From an uncultured Bacteriovoracaceae bacterium (GTDB lineage: Bacteria; Bdellovibrionota; UBA2394): a stretch of 64,000 bases of DNA. Below, piece after piece: positions 57,097 to 64,000 of this stretch; within the stretch, counting starts at the first letter, position 1, and each line of letters starts with the position of its first letter. Below the pieces are notes generated by a model, which searched no databases, was not told where the DNA came from, and was given only the letters and a program-made list of their open reading frames with translations. The position numbers and the translations under genes are program-made. The stretch spans positions 10,654-74,653 of the forward strand of contig CAZZLQ010000002.1 in assembly GCA_964655245.1 (NCBI GenBank). Direction: 5' to 3'.

Positions 57097-60000
57097 TAGG
57101 GCATAGCTTGTCGCGTTGAAACGTTCGACGCTATCGTTGGATTCACACAAGACGCTGATGTATGAAACTCCTGAGATGTCGATTTGCGCCATTTTTCGTG
57201 GGCCACAACCGGGCGTAAGGCTAATCGTAGAGAGAACGGCATTGGTTGTGAGGTTGACCACCGAGATCGTGTCGTCAGCAAAGTTTGAGATGTATCCGCG
57301 GTTCAAGCTGTCCACCGCGAGGATTTTGGATGGCTGTGCGCCAAGGTTAAGATCCGTAATCGTTCCGCTTTCGGCATAAATTCTGAGTGTGTTTTGATTG
57401 GGGTAGGCTACGTAGACCTTGGACTGTGTTGAGCTTACAGCGATGTCTGTGGCCATGGATGGATCAAGAAAGTTTAGGCCTGATGGTACGAACTGAAGTG
57501 CGCTTGCGTCGTAGTGAATTGCTCCCGATGATTCGTTTAGAGCATAGACTTGAGAGGATGTAGGATTAAAGACCGCAGAGGAGATGTTATTGAGAACCAT
57601 CTGCGTTGAAGAGGCGGCCAGAGTTGTCCCATTGATTGTCCGGTACTCTCTAGGTCCTGCATGAAAGACATAGACGTTTCCGTTGGTGGCATTGAGAGCG
57701 AGGGCTGTTGGGTCGTTTGAGGTGGCAATAGTTGTGGGAGCGGCACTCATGTTTGAGGAGTCAAAGAGAGCAACGCTATTGTGGGCGCGCTGGGAGACAA
57801 ACAGGCGATCTCGAGCTGTATCAAGAATCATATCAAACGGTCGGCTTTGGGTAGCAATCAGTGATTGGGAGAGAATGTCTCCGTTTGGTTTTAATTGAAA
57901 CTGGGCAATATTGTTTAGAGTCCCACATAACACGAAAAGATTTTCATTTTGGGTGTCTAAAACGATCTTCTTCCCCGCAGAGCATGTGGCAAAAAACGAT
58001 CGGCGATTGTTAAGCGTGTCCCAAACCATGATCGCACCAAGATTTCGGAGTAAAAAGTACTGTCGATCTCTGGCGCTCCATGACACCAGATCGGACGGTC
58101 TATTGAGTGTCAGGTTTTGTAAGCTTTCGATTTGATAGTTGGCATCGATTCTCTGCAGCTGGAGTCTGCGAGAGTCAGCGAGCCAAACATTTCCAAGGCT
58201 GTCTGATGAAAATTTTTCGGGATTGATCAGAAGGGTTTTTTGAATCCCACTAGGTTCGCTGCTTGTTAGATTTCCAAAAGGGAAGATACGAAGACTCGGC
58301 GTAAGGCTGTTGATGAGAAATAGATTCGTGGGCGTACTGAAAAGATGAGTGAAAGGATCAACTTCTTGGGTGATTGAGGTAGAGCTTAGAATTTGACTAT
58401 CGTTGAGCTGCCCCAAAACGCCGATTGCTCCGTTTGACGAAAGTAATTGCGGGCTGGAAGAGAGGGCTGTTGAGGTTCGCGTTGTTCGTGTCATGTAGTC
58501 GACTGTGATTGCCTCCTGAGAGGTGATCCACGCGCCTCCTGAGATGAGGGCCATATCCGAAAAGGTGCCGCTGAGGCTTTGAGTGGCGATTCCAACATTG
58601 GAAGACCCATCAACGCTTCGAGCGGAACTCTCCCCGGCGAGATAGAGAGTGTCGTCGTCTGAATCATAAAGCACCTTTTCTGGGCCAAATGTCAGCGCTG
58701 AGTGACCGATGAGCGCTTCCGATCCCGGCGTGATGTTCAGAGTTGTCCAGGAATCCCCGAGCTGATTGGCAGTCCAGAGTCGATTCAGAGCAAGATCAAG
58801 CGCCATCGAGACCGGGCGATCTTGAGTGCTCAAGCTTGAAACGGCGCGAGATGTGAGATTAATGATCGAAACTGAGTCTGAATCTTTGTTCAAAGTATAA
58901 AGCCGTCCGGGCCTAAACAAGATTTGTGTTGGGTGGTCTCCCACGTCGAAGAGTCTCATTTTCCAGGCGCCATTGAAGAGCTCTTCAATGGAGTACGCGG
59001 TATCAGCCCCAGAAGAGACAAAGAAGGATCTTTTGGGAGACGTCGAAACAAGGTCGGTGATGGAAGACGGCAGGCGGAATGTGTCTGAGGTTGCGAGCGG
59101 TGAAAGATCGATGTGTGAGATCTCGTTGCGCTCCTTGTTGAGAGTCACAACCCCATCCTGAGAAGGCAGAGAAGTCATATCATCCATGACGGAGGTCATT
59201 TCAAGCGATGACTCTTGGAATGAAATGGGTGTCGCCGCCAGGGTGTTGGTAAACAGGGTCAGAAATTTGGTTGAGCCGAGCATCGCTAGGTATCGAGTGA
59301 CTCCGTTTGAATAGATAGCCATTCGCTTAAATCCTTGAGGCGCATTCAATCTTGAGATCAGGTTCCAGTTGAGATCGTAGACGTTTACGCTGCGACTGAT
59401 AGGACAGAAAACGTAGCGGTAGCGGTTGATTCCCTCAAAGTCCTGCTGAATCTCAACGGGCCCAATGCAGGTAGAGAGGCTTGTAACTACCGCCATGTCT
59501 TCATCGAAGACTCGAAGGAAGTGCGATCCGAGTGTAGGGTGGTCGGCAAACTGGACAGGAAGAATAAGCTGTCGGGTATCCGTATCAATCATGGGGGATC
59601 CAAATCTCGCCTTGCTCTCGTCGGAAATCGTCATGCTTGCAGCGAGGGGAGCTAGGGTTGCGGCGTTAAAAAGTCGAAGCCTTAAACCGTCCGAGTCGCT
59701 TCCGCCAACAAAGATACGAGGAGCTGCTCCCGGCAGTGACTTGATGAAGCTTGGCGCGGTGAAGCTTACGGATGTCTCGCTCGTGCACAGATCGGGCCCT
59801 GCCGGGTTTAGGATGTAGGAGTAGATCCTGTTCGCCTGCCGGTCAGTAACAATGAGGCGGTGAGTGTTTCCCGAGGACTCGGTCAGATGAATGGCGGAGA
59901 TTTCGGAAAAGGGTCCGCACGAGAGGGTTCGAACAACGGGAGGCTCACCAGAGTTTGAGCCAGAGGCGTTGGTCGTGCCGTAGTAAACATATTTTCTGCC

Positions 60001-61677
60001 ATTGTCCGTAAATATAAAGTCATGCGACCCATCATGAGTGCGATAGAATAAAGAGGCGTATCCAATCGCTACTTCGGCCGGAAGCTCTGCGAGGTGAAGG
60101 TCTCGGCGCCCGAGATCTTTGGCGCTCATCGAGATCAGGCCCTGATTTTGGGATGTAGCAGCAAAGATTCGCTGGTGCGGGTTTCCGGAGGATCTAAATT
60201 CAGGTCGCCAAAATTTGAAAGGTTTTCGGGGCAAACTGAAATCGAGTTTGCGATTGTCAGCCAAGTAGAGCGAAGAGCTTCTGGTCAATGCTGTGTTGAG
60301 AGCTTCATCGGCATCAATGAGTCCAGATCCAAAAAAATTGTCTTCGCCTGCCGAGCCCATATCATCAGCGGTCTCAAGCAAGATCTGTGTGATGTCTTGT
60401 GGGCTTAAAGAGCTGTCGACTGAAAGTAAGAGCGAAGCCAGTCCCGCTACGATAGGCGCAGCGAGACTCGTACCAGAGACGGAGGTGTAAGCATTGCCCA
60501 CGGTCGTCGTGCTGATGTTCTCCCCAGGTGCAACCAAGTCCACAAGGCCTCCAAAGTTGGAGAATGCTGAAAGACTTGCAGAGGTGGTTCCACCATCCGT
60601 TGAACCGACGATGATCATGTCTTGGCCCTGACAATACTCGCTAGTGGCAAGTCCGAGGCACAGAGGGCCCAAGTCCTCCGAGTCGTTGCCTGCGGCCATG
60701 ACAAGGAGTGCGCCGTTTTCTCTAGCAACCTCTGCAGCATCTTGAATGTCGGGGTCAAAAGCTCCGCTATAGCTTAAGTTGATGACATCGGCTCCGTGCT
60801 CGGATGCCCAGATGATGGCTGAAATCATATCGGAGGTGGACGCTAAACATGTCGCTGAGTCGTCTGTGATGCGGATGGGCATGATGTCCGCTTCCCAGTT
60901 GATTCCTGCAATTCCTGCATTGTTGTCTCCGGTGGCAGCGGCCGCTCCCGCCACCATCGTTCCGTGCGCTCCGCAGGGGTTCACCAGCGAAACGGGCTCA
61001 GTGCTTCCGCAGCCTGGAGCAGCAGTGGATGCACAAGAGGCTGCATTGTATCCGGGCACCAGGCGTCCAGCGAATTCACTGTGGGTCGATTGAACTCCTG
61101 TATCGAGGATCGCGATCGTAACGGATTCATCCCCAGTGGTAATGTCCCAAGCGTTTTCAAAATCAAGTGGTCCCAGATAGCTGACTTGATCAGAGGAGAA
61201 GAGGGGGTCGTCGGGTGTGATGGCTGGAGGAAAGAGACAGTTCTGGCGAATCGATTCATAGAGTCCTGTTTGCTCAAGTCTCGAAATGAGTTCATCGGCA
61301 TTTTGCTCGGTTGGAATCTGCAGCACATGTAGATCAAGAGCCGAGATCATTCCAACAGACTCGATGGGCAGGGTCTTGAGAATCAAAGAAGCTCTTTGTC
61401 TTTCGCGGTCGATTTTGTTTTCGCTCATTCCGCTGGCGCGCAAGGATTCAATTGATTTCGGGCGAACGAGAATCTGAGTTGTCGGTAGAGAGGGTGGCAG
61501 GCATGAGGCGAACTTCTTGGGTCTGATAAAGGAGCTTAGGATTCCTTCGCGCTGAGATTGGGGCTTTGATTCGCCCACAAACTCGAGGAGATTTTGCGCA
61601 CGCAATTCGATCCCGAAGAGACAAAAGCTCGAGACGCTTAAGACCAGAAGTTGAAGCCCTTTAATCATCCACTTCAC
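57064..61677 (-). CDS. Secreted subtilisin-family (S8) serine protease fused to ~1000 aa of beta-propeller-type repeats
   Basis: Signal peptide. Catalytic Asp (AILDTGV), His (HGTMVAG), oxyanion Asn (AAGND) and Ser (SGTSLAAPIVAG). The C-terminal two thirds carry recurring YVTN/lactonase-like strands (RLFVSQRAHNSVALFD, NVYVF, KVYVAYPNQNTLRIY, GYISNFADDTISVVNL). Confidence 0.88.
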   Translation of the reverse strand: MKWMIKGLQLLVLSVSSFCLFGIELRAQNLLEFVGESKPQSQREGILSSFIRPKKFASCLPPSLPTTQILVRPKSIESLRASGMSENKIDRERQRASLILKTLPIESVGMISALDLHVLQIPTEQNADELISRLEQTGLYESIRQNCLFPPAITPDDPLFSSDQVSYLGPLDFENAWDITTGDESVTIAILDTGVQSTHSEFAGRLVPGYNAASCASTAAPGCGSTEPVSLVNPCGAHGTMVAGAAAATGDNNAGIAGINWEADIMPIRITDDSATCLASTSDMISAIIWASEHGADVINLSYSGAFDPDIQDAAEVARENGALLVMAAGNDSEDLGPLCLGLATSEYCQGQDMIIVGSTDGGTTSASLSAFSNFGGLVDLVAPGENISTTTVGNAYTSVSGTSLAAPIVAGLASLLLSVDSSLSPQDITQILLETADDMGSAGEDNFFGSGLIDADEALNTALTRSSSLYLADNRKLDFSLPRKPFKFWRPEFRSSGNPHQRIFAATSQNQGLISMSAKDLGRRDLHLAELPAEVAIGYASLFYRTHDGSHDFIFTDNGRKYVYYGTTNASGSNSGEPPVVRTLSCGPFSEISAIHLTESSGNTHRLIVTDRQANRIYSYILNPAGPDLCTSETSVSFTAPSFIKSLPGAAPRIFVGGSDSDGLRLRLFNAATLAPLAASMTISDESKARFGSPMIDTDTRQLILPVQFADHPTLGSHFLRVFDEDMAVVTSLSTCIGPVEIQQDFEGINRYRYVFCPISRSVNVYDLNWNLISRLNAPQGFKRMAIYSNGVTRYLAMLGSTKFLTLFTNTLAATPISFQESSLEMTSVMDDMTSLPSQDGVVTLNKERNEISHIDLSPLATSDTFRLPSSITDLVSTSPKRSFFVSSGADTAYSIEELFNGAWKMRLFDVGDHPTQILFRPGRLYTLNKDSDSVSIINLTSRAVSSLSTQDRPVSMALDLALNRLWTANQLGDSWTTLNITPGSEALIGHSALTFGPEKVLYDSDDDTLYLAGESSARSVDGSSNVGIATQSLSGTFSDMALISGGAWITSQEAITVDYMTRTTRTSTALSSSPQLLSSNGAIGVLGQLNDSQILSSTSITQEVDPFTHLFSTPTNLFLINSLTPSLRIFPFGNLTSSEPSGIQKTLLINPEKFSSDSLGNVWLADSRRLQLQRIDANYQIESLQNLTLNRPSDLVSWSARDRQYFLLRNLGAIMVWDTLNNRRSFFATCSAGKKIVLDTQNENLFVLCGTLNNIAQFQLKPNGDILSQSLIATQSRPFDMILDTARDRLFVSQRAHNSVALFDSSNMSAAPTTIATSNDPTALALNATNGNVYVFHAGPREYRTINGTTLAASSTQMVLNNISSAVFNPTSSQVYALNESSGAIHYDASALQFVPSGLNFLDPSMATDIAVSSTQSKVYVAYPNQNTLRIYAESGTITDLNLGAQPSKILAVDSLNRGYISNFADDTISVVNLTTNAVLSTISLTPGCGPRKMAQIDISGVSYISVLCESNDSVERFNATSYALSTALDLRVPD

Positions 61678-61840
61678 GCCTCTTTCTTTCGGCTATTCGA
61701 GCGATGATGCGCTGAAAATGATGGAAGATTTTTGTAAGTCGTTTCAGATGTTTCGATTTTGAATCTTCTTCGCTCGCGTCATCTTCATGACGTTTTGCGC
61801 TAGTGCAGCGAGTGGCAAGGATTGAATCTAAGCGGGGATG

Positions 61841-61914
61841 CGTGCCCACCAGGAATCGAACCTGGAACCCTCAGATTAGAAATCTGATGCTCTATCCAGT
61901 TGAGCTATGGGCAC
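61841..61914 (-). tRNA. tRNA-Arg (anticodon TCT), CCA not encoded
   Basis: Hand-folded from the reverse complement. Acceptor GTGCCCA/TGGGCAC. D stem GCTC/GAGC. Anticodon stem TCAGA/TCTGA with loop TT-TCT-AA. T arm CCAGG-TTCGATT-CCTGG. Discriminator G. Total length 74 nt. Confidence 0.92.
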
Positions 61915-62034
61915 TCAAAAGCTGCCAACAACTCATCATTTTTAGAGGTCTCGAGCAAGTGCGAGCACAGACGATTGTAAGTTTTAAATGTCCCCTCTAG
62001 CCAAATGACCCAAGTGTGCTAAATCAGCGGGCCC

Positions 62035-62922
62035 ATGGCTTTTTGTTGGATCAGAACCCTTCTTTTGTTGACTGGCTTGTTCGGCGAACAAAAGTCCATT
62101 TGGGCTGCAGAAGAGGGGACAAGTGGAGCCAATCAAGAAGCTTTCCTGAAGGCTTTTTCTGATTCCCAGCGCTTGGCTCAGCTTCTTTGGGCCACTCGCA
62201 GCTCCCTGGAGGATGGCGGGATGCGAGGAGAGTCCAAAGAGTTTGTGGCGACATTTTCTTTGGCGGTTGTTTGGGGTGTTCAGTTGGAGATCGGGCTGGG
62301 TCTTCATCGTTTTCGCTTGAGCGATCGCCCTCACATTCGGTTCGCATGTGGTTTGGTCGAGGGCTTGGGATTGTTTTCGATCGTGGCCTCTCAGCTTACG
62401 GAGAGACATCGACACTGTTTGATAACTCCAGAGGAGGTTGAGGGAATGGAGGCCCAATTTGGGTTTGGCCCAGCTCTGTCTACCGGCCAAGAGAGCTCCT
62501 CTCCTCGTCGATCGTCGTATCGCACAAAAGTTGGCCGTTCTCCGGGAGTGGGTTTGGGCGCAGGGTTGATCTTTTCAAAGGGAGCGGTGAAGGCGTTGGG
62601 AGTTCCAGCACCGCTTGGTTTGCCTCGATACTTTGCAGTTAAGTTGCTGAAAGCCGAGAGCGCTTTGGCGTGGGCGATGAAGGTTTTGGAAAATGAGGAT
62701 TTGAAGAACTATCCATCCGTTTCCGAAATCGCTCGAAAGACGCGGGCGGAACTTTGGAGTGATATTCAAAAAATCGAACTTAGCGACTCACCTTTTTACT
62801 ATAGAGATTTGCCGCCTGAGCATAGGTTCTCAAGTCCATCCGTGTTTGCTCTCCGCGAACCACCGCCAAGGCCTCAAGGAAAGTGCTCTCGATTTCTGGC
62901 CCTCATTCGCGACGGCTATTGA
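62035..62922 (+). CDS. Hypothetical secreted protein
   Basis: 295-aa ORF with a signal-like N-terminus (IRTLLLLTGLFG..IWAAEE). It competes with the antisense ORF 61984..62490. No family recognised. Confidence 0.4.
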   Translation: MAFCWIRTLLLLTGLFGEQKSIWAAEEGTSGANQEAFLKAFSDSQRLAQLLWATRSSLEDGGMRGESKEFVATFSLAVVWGVQLEIGLGLHRFRLSDRPHIRFACGLVEGLGLFSIVASQLTERHRHCLITPEEVEGMEAQFGFGPALSTGQESSSPRRSSYRTKVGRSPGVGLGAGLIFSKGAVKALGVPAPLGLPRYFAVKLLKAESALAWAMKVLENEDLKNYPSVSEIARKTRAELWSDIQKIELSDSPFYYRDLPPEHRFSSPSVFALREPPPRPQGKCSRFLALIRDGY

Positions 62923-63906
62923 TTAGCGTCGAAGTTCGGCGACCTGGTTCTTTGCGCCCTCTTGCTTGGCCTTGTCGAGCAGAGCCTTACCTCGTTCGTT
63001 CCTGGCAATGAACTCTAATTCTAGTTTCAGCAGGTCACGAATAAGCTTTCGCTTTTTAAGCTCTTCTCGCGGATTCGGTCTTGCATCGATGTAACAGGTC
63101 AACTTGTTCAGCTTCACCAAAAGGTTGATCACGTCGCTGAGAGACCTCCACCAAATCTGGAGTTCTTTCTTGGACTCGGCATCGACTCCTTCGAGCGACT
63201 TTGTGGATGTGAGAATGCGGTTAAGCGCTTCCCATTTTCCACCAAGCTCAAAAATTTGATTGGGCTGTCTTGGGAGTTGATTTCCAAGGAGGGCCCACGC
63301 CATATCGTATTTGAAACGAAAGCCGATTTCTTCCAGTGGGACTTGCGCAAAGAGTTTGTAGAAGTTCTGTTGTGTTGGCTCTCCACACAGAAGAGCCACG
63401 AGATAGCGCGAAAACTCTCTGACAGCAAAGGCGACATCGAGAGTGGAGAGATCTCGGAAGTACCCGCTTTTGGTATCAACGACCTTGAATTGATAGCGGC
63501 CGGTCGGCGATTTTTCAATAAAGTGAGTGACGCCGTAGTAGGTTAGAGTTTGATAGAGAACTTCGTAGGCAATTCTGTCCGCAGCTCCAGACTTCCTACT
63601 GATAAAAATACTGCCGGAGTCAAAGTCCGATGGATCATCGGACGGGTCGCCAAACGCATCGTCGCCGCTGTCTGGAGTGACCACTTCATCCGGGCCGGTG
63701 AGTAAGGAGGCGCCAAGCTCTCCTGAGCGAGCCGATGACGAATCCCGCAACATTCGGTCTTGAAATGTTTGCCCAAGGAACTCGGCGAAATCGCTGAGTG
63801 CGTCGGCTTCGTTGGATTTCAAGACTTCATCGGCGTATTCCTGCGCAGATGTCGTTAAGAAAATTGGTTGTCCGAGTGTGAGCAAAAACAAATATGCGAA
63901 ACGCAT
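62923..63906 (-). CDS. Hypothetical secreted protein with an acidic, disordered N-terminal region
   Basis: ATG 63906 lies 4 nt after GGAGGGG. Signal peptide MRFAYLFLLTLGQPIFLTTSAQ. A D/S/P-rich segment is followed by a helical domain. No family recognised. Confidence 0.55.
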   Translation of the reverse strand: MRFAYLFLLTLGQPIFLTTSAQEYADEVLKSNEADALSDFAEFLGQTFQDRMLRDSSSARSGELGASLLTGPDEVVTPDSGDDAFGDPSDDPSDFDSGSIFISRKSGAADRIAYEVLYQTLTYYGVTHFIEKSPTGRYQFKVVDTKSGYFRDLSTLDVAFAVREFSRYLVALLCGEPTQQNFYKLFAQVPLEEIGFRFKYDMAWALLGNQLPRQPNQIFELGGKWEALNRILTSTKSLEGVDAESKKELQIWWRSLSDVINLLVKLNKLTCYIDARPNPREELKKRKLIRDLLKLELEFIARNERGKALLDKAKQEGAKNQVAELRR

Positions 63907-64000
63907 AGTCCCCTCCATAAAATGTCTGATGAACCCCTCAATTTCTACCGTACGCAGGGCTGACGCTCTGGATCAAGTGAATGTCTGTTCGCGCGATCGA

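Noticed and set aside
61768-61790. Short hairpin CGTCAT-CTTC-ATGACG followed by TTTTG, between the S8 protease start and tRNA-Arg.
   Set aside because: The stem is only 6 bp. The T-run lies on the plus strand, where nothing upstream needs terminating, and on the minus strand (downstream of the tRNA) no T-run follows. It most likely occurs by chance or belongs to the protease promoter region.
61984-62490. 168-aa minus-strand ORF antisense to 62035..62922.
   Set aside because: It has no signal peptide or recognisable motif and is rich in Q/P/K low-complexity sequence. The plus-strand ORF is longer and has a signal-like N-terminus. Confidence in either ORF is low, and the region has several open frames.

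Overview
This window is the replication-origin region of a very compact Gram-negative chromosome; almost every intergenic gap is under 100 nt. Gene order and protein motifs most resemble Bdellovibrio-like or Myxococcota-type 'deltaproteobacteria', but that taxon call is inference only. On the minus strand, one co-directional array runs dnaA, oriC spacer, dnaN, recF, gyrB, gyrA, a TPR lipoprotein, hemL and atpZ-atpI-atpB-atpE. The only plus-strand element in this stretch is a tRNA-Ala between oriC and dnaN. Diverging from dnaA on the plus strand are rpmH, rnpA, yidD, yidC, mnmE, mnmG, parA, parB, a bactofilin and atpF'-F-H-A-G-D-C. The left flank (1-18 kb) carries a truncated divergent UvrA paralogue, a mini-DnaJ, glpK, a secreted HExxH protein, a DUF1343/NamZ-like protein and mfd. 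It continues with three SurA/parvulin chaperones, a DASS transporter, pdxA and a second UvrA. The right flank holds a 4.6-kb block of uncharacterised envelope genes (45.3-49.9 kb), then gcvT-H-PA-PB, an SDR, purK-purE, a 1537-aa S8 protease/beta-propeller fusion, tRNA-Arg and two secreted hypotheticals. I saw no rRNA, CRISPR array, IS element, integrase or prophage genes. The observations I rate highest:
- The canonical-looking UvrA has its insertion domain replaced by a 22-residue acidic linker.
- Three parS sites cluster around mnmE/mnmG.
- recF can only start at an ATT codon.
- ParA carries a roughly 130-aa acidic tail, and a bactofilin gene overlaps parB.
- The best candidate for an undescribed system is an orphan module: a small Cys-rich lipoprotein plus an FHA-like CpaF-type ATPase. 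It overlaps convergently by 98 nt with a pseudo-matrixin that carries a MYXO-CTERM-like sorting tail.
- All eight convergent gene junctions have 6 nt of spacer or less.
All calls rest on by-eye motif recognition. No database search, HMM, GC-skew or RNA-folding calculation was run.
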